A stretch of DNA of 64,000 bases from the NCBI GenBank assembly GCA_965637545.1, contig OZ281496.1, positions 16,368,001 to 16,432,000 on the forward strand, given 5' to 3'. The translations under genes were made by a program, and so were the position numbers. Below are positions 50,701 through 62,273 of this stretch, piece by piece. Numbering within the stretch: position 1 is the stretch's first letter; each line of letters begins with the position of its first letter. The notes beneath the pieces were generated by a model. That model ran no database searches. It was not told the origin of the DNA and saw only the letters and a program-made list of their open reading frames with translations. Origin of the DNA: Phallusia mammillata. Lineage: Eukaryota.

Positions 50701-53158
50701 TGTAGGAAATATTGGGGGATCTGACGTTTGAAGTTCCAAAATCCGATTGCAAGCACGAAGCTTTGGTTGGTTTAGTTTGTGCGGTTGACAACAACGGTAA
50801 TGCCGATTAAACGCGGCTTGACGTAATGTGATTCATACGCCCAACCGAAGTCGAATCGAATCGAATAATGTCCAGGGCTGGGGCGAAGCCCAGTCAATTC
50901 TGCCCAACGAGAACTTGAAAGATACGGTATATAAACACATATCAAAACAACGTCATTAAACTACGCACGTGGGATCTGTGATTGGCCTGGAGGTACAGAA
51001 CGTTTACATCCTGTGTTCAAAACATCAATTAGTAATTATATGGGATGTACCTCTGCGGTCTCACGCAATCAAACACTTGAGGTATATAAATCACGTAATG
51101 GGAAAACTTACAAGTCACGTCCGCTCTTACTAATGACGTCAGTGCGAATATTAGGTCATTTACGTTACATTAGTCTTCCTCCAAAAAGTGTTTTACAAGA
51201 AACATGCACAAGTAAGAATTGCGAGAAAACATGTGAAAACAATTATGACATACAAAAGAAAAACATTTAATTAACCACACCAAAACTGATACGCGTTAAC
51301 TAACAGTAAATTTGTCATAACGCTTGCGCGTCTCTCGAGCTCGGTTGTCGACAGTTATCCGAAAATTCGAGAATCGGGCTTAGCAGTGGTATGGGAAATT
51401 TAAATGTCCTCCTTCATTGTGCCACAAGTAGTTGTATGAATTCACATTTCTGCAACAATAAAATAAACAGCAGTACACGTACAAAAACAGTTTGCTTTGT
51501 GCTAGAGCAAAATTTAGATGCAATTACAAATAACAAAACATCACTAAATAATAATCACTTTTACTCTACGTGGTCAAAGTTATTCACGCAATATGCTTCA
51601 GTAAGCAACATCTGAGGCAGCTATGGCCTAGTAAAGATATCTGGTCTAGTGTCTAATGCATCATGTTTCCAATTGGGACGCCATCTAGCCAGTAAAGGTA
51701 TAGCAACCTTGTGAAGTGTCATGGGAGAATATAAGTGCGGGGAAAAGCATATCCCGTCAAAAATAGAGCATGTTGCTTGTAGACAATAAGGACTGGTGTA
51801 AAGCAGGTACGCGCGAGAAGCTAACGTATTTCTCAGAACCACGAAAAGTAAAAAATTGTGGTGATCAGTCACAATCGCTACCAAGAGCTAACTTTTCCTC
51901 GGTGGCATACTAGAGAACAAAGTGTCTCAACTCGAAAAGTCGAGTCTCCACGAAGCTAATGGATATCGAGACAAGCAAAAGCGATAATAAAAAGCTTAGT
52001 TTTGGTATTAATAGTTCAAATTAAGTGTGTGTTTTCACAATAAGTAGCTTTTAAACTAGCACATTACAAATAAAGAGACAAACAAAAGGTGTTAGTATAA
52101 CATATCCCAAGAATGGGGTAGGCAAAGAACTTAATGACATAACAAAAACAATAAGGAAAACTTAACTGGTAAGAATTCAAGAAGCCTCATCGTTGAAGTC
52201 GTGATTCATGACGATGCTTGTTCCGTTTGTTCAGTAATCCAGTTATAATAGACAGTTCGTGTTTCCGATCTCCGTACCTCGAATAGTACATATCCTCCTT
52301 AACAGCTCGAGCTTGATTGAATCGTCAAGAAATTGAAAGCTCGTGCTCTTGAATGCTTGTGGATTGATTGATTGATTGATAGTAACCTTCTAGCACTTGG
52401 CAAGGCTTAGTGCTTGTTCGTCGACTCGTCGTAGTCGAAGCGATGCTTGATGGTTGCGGGGTTAAATTGTACCGCTTGCTTGATTGTTGCTTGACGCTTG
52501 AATGGATCAGAAGGTTATTTGTTGAATGGTTTAAGAAGGATTATCTTCGTTTAGATGATGAAAGATCTTCCGACCAAAAGTACAATTGTTTTGGTACTCA
52601 CGGTCACAGTTGTTGTTGTTGTTTGACGTATTTCTTCTTCTCTTCTTGCAATTTACTGCTGGTAGCAAATCACGTCGGGGTACACCAATTGTAGGAAATA
52701 CGTTTGGTTCTGAGGTTTGAAGTTCCAAAATCCGATTGCAAGCACGAAGCTTTGGTTGGTTTAGTTTGTGCGGTTGACAACAACGGTAATGCCGATTAAA
52801 CGCGGCTTGACGTAATGTGATTCATACGCCCAACCGAAGTCGAATCGAATAGAATAATGTCCAGGGCTGGGGCGAAGCCCAGTCAATTCTGCCCAACGAG
52901 AACTTGAAAGATACGGTATATAAACACATATCAAAACAACGTCATTAAACTACGCACGTGGGATCTGTGATTGGCCTGGAGGTACAGAACGTTTACATCC
53001 TGTGTTCAAAACATCAATTAGTAATTATATGGGATGTACCTCTGCGGTCTCACGCAATCAAACACTTGAGGTATATAAATCACGTAATGGGAAAACTTAC
53101 AAGTCACGTCCGCTCTTACTAATGACGTCAGTGCGAATATTAGGTCATTTACGTTACA
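50701..53158 (-). mobile_element. Small non-autonomous LTR retroelement (TRIM/LARD-like)
   Basis: 469-bp LTRs at 50701-51169 and 52690-53158 (TG...CA); 4-bp TSD ttag. On the minus strand there is a PBS tggtg(t)accccgacgtgat and a PPT-like ggaggaaga next to the other LTR. No pol motifs inside. Confidence 0.88.
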
Positions 53159-53877
53159 TTAGGAACGTTAAAAGGAATCAAAGGCAAGTTGTATCTCAAA
53201 TCTAACTCAAAACCTGTTTTCTGCAAGGCAAGATCACTTCCATACGCCATAAAGCAAAAGGTTGAAACTGAATTGGAGAGGCTGACATCTGAAGGCATTT
53301 TGGAACCAGTTACCTTACAGTGAGTGGGCAACACCTATCGTACCAGTGTTGAAGAAGGATGGATCAGTAAGATTGTGTGGAGATTTTAAAGTAACCTTAA
53401 AATATTTGCCACGTTGGCTGGAGGAAATCGTTTTACAAAACTGGATTTAAAAAATGCGTATTTGCAAATGACCATGGAAGACGATTGTAAACATTTTCTT
53501 ACCCACGAAGGACTTTTTCGTTACAACCGCCTAGTTTTTGGGGTCGCTTCAGCCCCAGCATTGTGGCAAAAGGCTATGGATCAAGTACTGCAAGGTTTGA
53601 AAGGGGTACAATGTTTATTAGACGATATGATAATCACGGGAGCAACCGATGTAGAACATACAGAAAATCTTAGAAATGTTCTCAAACGACTGTCGGAGTA
53701 TGGCTTGAAAGTCAATCCGAACGAGTGCGAGTTTTTTAAGGATCGAATCGAATTTTGTGGTCATGTGGTGGATAAAGAGGGATTGCATAAATCGCACGAT
53801 AAAATTAGGGCAGTGACAAGTTGTCCAACCCCACAGAACGTGTCCCAGTTACGTTCGTTTCTTGGCTTAGTTAATTA

Positions 53878-56795
53878 AGGTACCTGAAGGTATGTAGGCC
53901 CGGAAGGTAAAAAGGCCCATCACTTATATTTTTAAATATGGGAGGAAAAAACTTCCCGCTCTCATCCGATTTTAAACTTAATGCGAATTTACACCATGTG
54001 CGAAGTTTTAGCTTTGTTCGTTCTTTGTAAAAGTTGCTACGACCAATTAAAATCCTTACCCTGTTCGTTAGCGACTTTTTGTAATTTCAGAAAACTTCTG
54101 AAAGCAAATATTGACAGGTTTAGTTGTTGAAATGCAAATTTTGTCAAGATATACGTGAGATGGATCATTGTAGTTTGTGCAGAATATTGTTTGAGTTAGA
54201 AATAGAAACTGCTTCAGGATTAATTTGATAGGGTTTTGTATGTCAGCGACTGGTGGCAATAAAGCCCATTAAATTTTAGTGCCTAACATAGTTAAAGTGA
54301 ATGGCATGGATGCAAATAGTAAGATAAAACTATAATAAGCTTATGTATTAGGGTCTGTTGTATTTTCTTTACCAAACACAGTAGCCAGTAACATAGATTA
54401 ATATAATTCACTATTACAAAGTCAGAAAATAAGTAATTGAATTGCCAACTTTGCTAGTCAAAGTAGCGAAGTTATGTCATGATTTAGATTCAATTTTTTG
54501 TTGTGTAGCTGCAAATCTATGCATATTAGTCATAACGGCAAAGCGGCGAGCAGCATGGTCTGAAGCAAACCTTAAATTAGCTATGGGGGCAGTTGAAGGT
54601 GGATTAACACTGAGAAAGGCAGAGGAACTGTTTCAAATACCAAGGAGAACATTACGAAACCGCATTAAATCAAAAGTAACAGAAAAACGACTTGGGAGGC
54701 CACATACTTTGACAATGGAACAAGAGAAAGAACTATGCTTGAGAATAATAAGATACAGTGAGATTGGTTTGCCTGTCACAGCCAGTATAGTAAAAAGTTA
54801 TGTTTTTGAATTTTGTGAAAAAAATAACATTACAAGTCCTTTTAACAAAACAAAGCAGTCAGCTGGGCGCTATTGGTTTCAAAATTTTTTGAAACGACAC
54901 CCTGAATTATCTATCAGAAAAGCACAGTCAATGAATCCAGGAAGAGCAATTAAGCTAAACAAACATATTGTAGACGATTATTTCAAAAAGTTGAAAGTTG
55001 TTTTGGAAGACCATGACTTATTTGACAAACCTCGCTTTATTTATAACATGGATGAAAAAGGTTGCCGCCTCACATTGCACCATCAACAGGCAGTTTTGGC
55101 CCAGAAAGGTACCAAACGAGTGCATCCAGTTGCTCCTGAGCATGCTGAGAATGTGACTATTGTAGTTTCTGCAAATGCATCCGGAACTGCGATTCCACCA
55201 ATGATTATATACAAAGGAAAACGTTGCAAGCCTGAATATTGTGATGGATTACCACCTGATACACTAGTATGTATGTCTGATAAGGGAAGCATGACAACAG
55301 ACTTGTTTCTTAAGTGGATTGACCATTTTGCAAAGTTTAAAACAAGTGGAACCGTTCTTCTTATATTTGATGGTGCAACAAGCCACATTCACCATAGTAT
55401 TGTAGATGCTGCAGTAAGTAGAGATATTATACTTTTTTGTCTTCCAAGTAACACTACACATGAGCTTCAACCAATGGACAAATCTGTATTTCGCTCTTTT
55501 GAACATTACTGGGATCTGGAGGTTTTAAAATATTGGCGTGCTCACCCAGATCGATCAATAACAAAGACAAGGTTTGGATATATATGCACCCCTGCATATA
55601 ACAAAGCATTATCTATTGGCAACATTGTTAATGGTTTTAGAAGCACCGGAATTTATCCGTTTAACCCTGATGCCATTCCAGAAGTTGCCTTTGCACCTAG
55701 TTTGGTGACTATGGAGGAGGTGAACTCATCTGAAAGAACTGAACGAGAAGAGGTTTTCACAGAACTTCAATCAACTTCAGCAGCAGCTGAAGCATCACCG
55801 AACCCACAAAGTGCAATCTTTTGTCCTGAGATTTTTGATGCAACTGCAACAAGTACTCCAAGGAAAGGACAGGTTGAAGAAAGCAATTTAGTTGATGCTA
55901 TAGCTATAAATGACCGGGAAGACGATTCTTTACACAGATTTTCTGTCAGTTTTACTGAAATAATGGCAACCCCAAAAATTAGGAGAAAAAAAACTACACG
56001 CAAAAAAAGCCTCACTTACAAAGCTCAAGTCATGTCAAAGAATCTTTTTTCAGCCCATGACACAGCACCTTCTGCAAGAAGTAGTAAAGCCAAAAAAATA
56101 CATGAGAAAAAAAAGAAACAGAAACAACTACTGGCCAATAAGAAGACAAATGCTGGTAGAAATGCATCTTGGTTTTGCTCGGTATGTGAGGAAGACACTA
56201 CATTGAGTATGAGGCAATGCATGTCTTGCAAAGTTTGGTTCCATGAGGAATGTGTGGGATTGGAGTCCGATGATGAGGAAGACTTTATATGTATGGACTG
56301 TAATTAGCACTATAAAAGAGTGCCCAGTGTGTATTTGTTTCAGTGGGTTTATTTGTTTCAATATTTCGTTTAGTTTTATTGATGATTGAGTGTCATTTGT
56401 TGGTGGTGGTTTCACACCACCAATGGTTGGTGGTTTAATTCGTTGGTGGTGGTTTTAATTTATAAACTACATGTCCTAAAGTTTATTATGAAGCTTGTTA
56501 GAACTTTATTTTGAGAGAAGTAAAGTAGAAAGGGGTTTGATTAATTATATAACACTTAAAAAACACAAGAAAGTTTAGGGCCTTAATAAAAGCACAGGCA
56601 TGTATTAAGGCCCGATTTAAAAAAAAATTAAACAGTTATTCTGGGAAAACAAAACTTGGAAATTTTCCTAAAGTCGGACGGGTGATCAGTGTTAACCCTT
56701 ACAACCTTCATGCCAAATTTGGCCAGAAACTATTGAACTGTTTTTCAGTTACAGTCAAAAGTTTGCTTAATGGGCCTAGATACCTGCAGGTACCT
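53878..56795 (+). mobile_element. pogo-superfamily (Fot-like, DD35D) DNA transposon
   Basis: 24-bp TIRs aggtacctgaaggtatgtaggccc vs aggtacctgcaggtatctaggccc and a TA TSD. Removing the element restores Gypsy GLVNYYHRFLP. Confidence 0.93.
54442..56307 (+). CDS. Intact pogo-like transposase: HTH_psq + CENP-B HTH + DDE_1 (DD35D) + C-terminal PHD finger
   Basis: 621-codon open frame (true start probably spliced) with YNMDEKG, LLIFDG-35 aa-PMD and CSVC...CMSCKVWFHEECVG...CMDC. Confidence 0.9.
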   Translation: MPTLLVKVAKLCHDLDSIFCCVAANLCILVITAKRRAAWSEANLKLAMGAVEGGLTLRKAEELFQIPRRTLRNRIKSKVTEKRLGRPHTLTMEQEKELCLRIIRYSEIGLPVTASIVKSYVFEFCEKNNITSPFNKTKQSAGRYWFQNFLKRHPELSIRKAQSMNPGRAIKLNKHIVDDYFKKLKVVLEDHDLFDKPRFIYNMDEKGCRLTLHHQQAVLAQKGTKRVHPVAPEHAENVTIVVSANASGTAIPPMIIYKGKRCKPEYCDGLPPDTLVCMSDKGSMTTDLFLKWIDHFAKFKTSGTVLLIFDGATSHIHHSIVDAAVSRDIILFCLPSNTTHELQPMDKSVFRSFEHYWDLEVLKYWRAHPDRSITKTRFGYICTPAYNKALSIGNIVNGFRSTGIYPFNPDAIPEVAFAPSLVTMEEVNSSERTEREEVFTELQSTSAAAEASPNPQSAIFCPEIFDATATSTPRKGQVEESNLVDAIAINDREDDSLHRFSVSFTEIMATPKIRRKKTTRKKSLTYKAQVMSKNLFSAHDTAPSARSSKAKKIHEKKKKQKQLLANKKTNAGRNASWFCSVCEEDTTLSMRQCMSCKVWFHEECVGLESDDEEDFICMDCN

Positions 56796-58213
56796 TATTA
56801 TCATCGATTTTTGCCCAATCTGTCAACCCTTTTACATCCGTTATGTGAACTTTGAGAGAAAGGTCATAAATGGAACTGGTCCTTGGAATGCGCTCAGTCA
56901 TTTGACAAAGCTCGTAAACTTATGGCTTCTGATAAGGTTCTTACACATATGATGTAAATTTGCCAATTAGGTTAGCATGTGATGCATCACCGTACGGCAT
57001 TGGAGTAGTTATGTCTCATGTAATGCCGGAAGGCTGTGAACGACCTATTGCATACATTTCGAGATCTCTGTCGAAGTCCGAGAAAAACTATTCGCAAATT
57101 GATAAAGAAGCTTTAGCTATTGTGTGGGCGGTGCAAAAGTTTCACATTCACTTGTTTGGCCGACATTTCACGCTGGTGACAGACCATGAACCTCTTACTT
57201 CTATATTTAATCCAAAAAGAAGTATCCCTGTAATGTCGGCACAGCGTTTGCAACGTTATGCTTTAATTTTGTCCGCTCTTAATTATTCCATAGAATACCG
57301 CAGTACAACTCAACATGGCAATGCTGATGGTTTATCTAGATTACCGCAAGGCTTCACTGAAACTTCGTGCGATGCTGCGAGCAGTTTTTATTTCAAGCAG
57401 ATTGACTTTTTGCCTGTAACGGCTGATGAGATTGCCAAACACACACGCTCGGACAAGATTTTGTCACGGGTGTTTGCTTGTGTGACATCGGGCAATTGGG
57501 TGCAGGAAAGTGACATCATGGCGTATTATTTTTGAAGAAACGAGTTATCTACATATTATGGATGTTTAGCCTGGGGACCCAGGGTGATTATTCCAGAAAG
57601 TTTAAAGTCTTCTATTTTACAGGAATTACACAACGGACACCTGGGCGTTGTGAAGACGAAACAAATCGCTCGAAACTACGTCGTGTCTGGTGGACAAACC
57701 TCGATAAACACATCGAGGAATTGTATAAAAACTGTTCGGGGTGTTTACAAAACAGAACGCACCAGCCATCGTAAAATATCACCCATGGCAAACCTGTGTT
57801 AAACCTTGGCAACGCATTCACTTAGATTTTGCAGGTCCTGTACAAAATCACATGCTTTTGGTGATCGTGGATGCCTATTCCAAGTGGCCAGAAGTAATCC
57901 CGATGCGTTCCACCACGGCGGCTGCAACCATAGACGAACTTCGCAACGTTTTCTCAAGGAACGGTATTCCTGACAAAATTGTTTCAGACAACGGTCCTCG
58001 CAATTTAAGAACACGGCTAGATCCTTTGTTGTCTGGGGGCGGCCGTTAGTTTATTGACATCATCATGGCCCGTGGCTATTGTGGACTGAGTCTAGTGTGT
58101 TTCCAGTCCTGACTTCAGAGCGTATCAAGCGGTATGACACCAGCACCAAAAATAGTAGGATTTAATTGATACACAAACATAGCCAGGGCTACTTTTCTTA
58201 GTGCAGGGTAATG

Positions 58214-58680
58214 TCTTTTTTTGCTTAGGGTTCATCTCATCATGAAAACATAGCTGAAGTTCTTGGACTTACACAATGGCATGGAGCAATGGGGATCGTA
58301 ATGAGACTTTTGAACTTTTTGAATGACTATATTCCGCTGGTATTATCTCTTGTACTTCGAATGGCACATGAAACATCAGACGGGGTTGCATACATTCACA
58401 ATTGTGTAATAGACAGACGCCTAATTCATGGAGATATGAAACCAGAAAACATTCTCCTCACAATTGGCCCAAATTTCAAGATTGCAGACCTAGGCTGTGC
58501 CAAGCTGGCCAATTTTTACTGGTTCAACTGCCAACCAAAACAATGACCCACAAGAAATGACATTGAGGGTGCACGGCCAAAGAAAGAGCAAGATGTGTTC
58601 AGTTGTTCTATTATTTTTTATGTAATGTTATGTCGCGATTTACCATATTCATCAGAAGTTCTTTTGGGAAATGATTCGAA
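58214..58680 (+). pseudogene. Protein kinase fragment (TKL/RIPK-like), intronless and disrupted
   Basis: RMAHETSDGVAYIH...LIHGDMKPENILL...FKIADLG (subdomains VIa-VII), flanked by stops and frameshifts. Confidence 0.7.
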
Positions 58681-58715
58681 ATAGGATCCGATCAAACTGT
58701 GAAAGGATCCAAGAA

Positions 58716-58955
58716 TCCAGCCGGCACCGCGACGTCGAAATGAAGTTAAAATATGGTTCGGACCAGACGTCGGTTGCACCAAGATTTTTTGGTCGAAAAT
58801 GCAACAAATTTTAGGAATTTCGACCCTTGACGACTTTCACTAACGTTAAAATCCCGTTGATTCCTGACGTCTTTTTACATTACATATTTAGAAATTTTAG
58901 GAACTTCGACGTCTAAGAACTACGTTGATTTGACGACTTTCACTAACGTTAAAAA
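58716..58955 (+). mobile_element. CMC/EnSpm-like left end with subterminal repeats
   Basis: (t)ccagccggcac..gacgtc resembles the terminus at 62274. ttgacgactttcactaacgttaaaa is directly repeated at ~58826 and ~58930. Confidence 0.5.
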
Positions 58956-58959
58956 CCTT

Positions 58960-60052
58960 TTCCTTGTGCCGAAAAGTCTCAAAGACGGAGGAAATAAAGT
59001 CCAAATATGCAATTTTATTTTGCCTGAGAAATGTTTCTGTTCACGTCCTGAAACCAGCTTGGACTTGCAAACATCCCTTTTAAGATGCCAAGATTGTGGC
59101 TGGAATGTATATTATTGTGTTTCAGGCTGGGAAGATGTGCATCACTTTCACATTAATTTAAAGCAATTTATCCGTACGCTTAGTCTCGAACAACACGTTT
59201 CCACTCATGGATTTTGCATGGCAATGTTGCATGAAAATACACCAGGAAATAATTGTTTGGTAAATGTACATCTATGGCAGAATTGAAAGGATAAAGTTTT
59301 AAGCTGTTTAAACTTAGCAGATAAAAGACCTTTCGAAGATTTTGCTAAATGAAGTCCTTGAATCTTGCAGACACCATGTCTATCAAATTCAAAACAACTT
59401 GCCCTCAATTTTACAAAATTTGGATGACAACGGGTCCCAATGTCCAGCTTGCAAAGGGGTAGTTGTTTTACCAAAAGATTAGCAAGTGGCATAGTTCATG
59501 ATAAGGAAATGTAATATGTTTAGGATCTAACATGTGACGATATGTATTGCTTTGATGGAAATTTTGGCTATGTAAGAAGGGCTGCTGGCAAAAGTAGTGC
59601 TTCTCCCCATCATTTTTCGTAATGAAGGGATGTGGATGCCTTTTTCAACAGCTATGCTAATGACACAGCATCAAAAACAGTAAAACCCAAATAAGAACAC
59701 ATAGTTATCTAATTCGTGAGTACATTTTGGTTTCGTGTAGACGTGTAGTGATATTAAAGCTGGATCCAAAATCCGCTATGTCAACAAAATAGCTAAACTT
59801 GATGTAAAAGGAATTTTTGGTGTATGTTGCAAGCATGCATATCCAAAATAGTTTGTTGATATGAAACACGGGGAAAGGTTAGTAACTGCTCTATAATCAT
59901 TTTGATGTTTTTTTTTAATAAATGCTAGCCTGTCAATGCGTTTAGGCTAGGTTAACCAGTTTTCTTTTTGAAAAAAAATATGGAACAAAACAAAAATGCG
60001 GACATAAAGATATTTTATGATATAGCATGTAAACTACAGGAACACATAAAGT
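58960..60052 (+). mobile_element. Spliced KDZ (Kyakuja-Dileera-Zisupton)-type transposase remnant with Cys cluster
   Basis: CFC..CQDC Cys cluster, GSQCPAC, FDGNFGYVRRAAG, CSDIKAG..LDVKGIFGVCCKH..MKHGER and FYDIACKLQEH across short GT-AG introns. Stop at 59849. Confidence 0.7.
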
Positions 60053-60459
60053 TATGTGTGCCAGAGATGGGTTTACCTTTTTCAACTACGAACTAGCTTA
60101 AACAAGATTTACACCAGACGCGTTCGACGGCAAGCGCAGACGGCGTATTTTTTTCGCTTCAAACGACTGACGGCAAAGTTAAATCAGATTTACTTGCAGA
60201 CTGGAGTGCTGTGCGCACTACTTGAAGACTGGAGTGCTGTGTGCAGAACCTTGTTGCAACATGACAATTTCGTAGTTTTAAATTAATTGCTTGAGGAAGG
60301 TTTATGTAATATTTACTTATGGTAAGGGTACAATTTGTCTTTCCCTGATATTTTTTTGAAATGTGTCGCAGAAAAGAATGATAGATATGATGAAAGGTAC
60401 AATAATGTTGGTTTTGTGTTGTAGACTTTTGTTAAAATAAACTTTTGCTAAAAAAACAA

Positions 60460-60785
60460 TTTAATTCAATGAAATGCTGATACAATTGGTGCAGGATTCT
60501 CCCTGTATATATGATTCTGGTAGCAGCCAGTACAAGGATCAGAAGCGGAAAGAAAATGTGTGGAGAAATATTGCTCAACAAACTGGCCAGACAGGTAAGA
60601 CTTGAAGCCTGGTAAATTATTTTTATCATGACATGATTATCATTGTTGTAGTTGAAACTTGCATAAAGCGCTGGAAGAGTTTGAGATAGAAAATGCACAC
60701 AAAGTGGTGGTGCTGCTGCAAATCTACCGGGGTGGGAGCACTATGAGGCTCTTAAATTTTTGCAAGATCATTTGAGACATAAAGT
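60460..60785 (+). pseudogene. MADF (Myb/SANT-like) domain gene fragment, two exons
   Basis: LIQLVQDSPCIYDS..YKDQKRKENVWRNIA | VETCIKRWKSLR*..WEHYEALKFL; intron 60595-60651. Confidence 0.7.
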
Positions 60786-61115
60786 GTGAGTGATTTTTAA
60801 AATAAATAGATTTTTTTAAAATGTGCTCTGTTAACAAACGTGGTTTCTTGGACTGTCGGCAACTTTCCCCAAAACCTTAAGTCCAATTATTGATTTTGCA
60901 CAAGATGGGACTACACCTGAAGATGGTATTTTTGTATTTGTTTGGTTTCAATCAATTCAACTTAACATATACCGCCTTATTTTTTGTTTTCATCGCGTGA
61001 AAAAAGCTGAAGAGCACAACGAAAAATGCACCATCACCACCGCCCTCGTTTGTTAGTGTTGCAATACATTGCGCAACGTGACGTAATTGCCTTTTTCTCT
61101 TTTTTTGTTATATAT

Positions 61116-62120
61116 ATGGACCTTACAAATTTGATCATTACTATGTTGGCACTTGCAGGTGAGGCAGCTTTTAATTACTTAGTAGACTCTGTTTTACTGT
61201 CTGAGGCAGCTGCCGTTGGGTTCGAGGAAGCTACCGCGGGCGCAATCAGCGCCGAAGACGTTGCAACTGTACAATCTGGAATTAGGACAGTACGATCTGC
61301 TGTTAATACCGCTAACACACTTTACGACGTAGGACGATCTGTACTTTCAATGAGCAAACGTGTACGCACCGACGTTGAAGAAGAACCAGAAGCAGATAAA
61401 AATCATGCTACCACAGGAGCGGAGAACGTTGTTAGCCTACATCATTCTCCATCGTCTGATTCAGTCGTTAGAAGATATTGGAAATAAGCGGCACATCAAT
61501 TTATTACATGGCGTAGGCTTGGAACTACTTCAATCATTAAATCCAATATCACAGCCCTCGGATGGACTTTGGATCCCGCAACCTTCGAGTCCAGTTTACC
61601 AAGCCTCACCTCCTTATTCGGAAACATAAAAATTTTGAAAATGTACTGGGAATGCTTTCCACTATGCATGACTGGTTCTGGAAATGATTTGGCTGCACTT
61701 GCTGGCACTAATCCGCAGTTGTGGTTAAGAATTGCAGACACTGTGCAGGAACCAACTTCTGGAATATTTCATATTGGCGAAGACAATCCCTCAACAGATG
61801 ATGACATGTTATTTTTCTCTAAATATACGGAAATGAACGCTGGTCGCGATAAATTTGTCATACCATTCGAACCAGTTGTTAGAAGAACCTTAGAAAGTGC
61901 TACTACTGCGTCTCACATCAGGACTACTACTCCTTATGAAACGTGGTTTGATTCACGAGATATAGCTAATGGTGGTGTATCTAGAAAAGTGTGTAGAGTG
62001 TACGTGAATACTCATAACTATGGTTTCGCTCCTGATGCCATACCAGAAGGTTTTACTGTCCAACTTAATTATGTTATGCATTGCCATGTACTACTACAAC
62101 ATTTACAAGCAGCATATTAA
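61116..62120 (+). pseudogene. Putative endogenous CRESS-DNA-virus-like single jelly-roll capsid gene (one in-frame stop)
   Basis: ORFs 61026-61487 and 61569-62120 are in the same frame and joined by an open linker after a single TAA (61485). Motifs SLFGNIKILKMYWECFP, IPFEP, PYETWFDS and NYVMHCHVLLQ, plus a basic SKRVRT patch. No introns. Confidence 0.55.
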
Positions 62121-62273
62121 TTACTACTTGTGTTTTTCAGGTATGATTTATTATAGAGGTACAATTTCTGACGTTTATCGTTATTTATCATTATTTGCAA
62201 GTAACAATGAATCTGAATCCCAATTCGCAAGACTGGTTCGCACCATTGTTATCGCCGGAACAATCAGAGAAAA

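Larger units (their letters stand above)
50440..58010 (+). mobile_element. Ty3/Gypsy (Mag/K02A2.6-like) gag-pol remnant carrying two nested insertions
   Basis: CYKCGRIGHIASTC knuckle (~50510-50550); RT 53163-53877 ([35 protein letters not shown]); RNase H 56796-57535 (ACDASPYG, YSQIDKEALA, TDHEPL); integrase 57540-58010 (ELHNGHLG, PWQRIHLDFAGP, VDAYSKWPEV, SDNGP). No own LTRs found. Confidence 0.92.
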
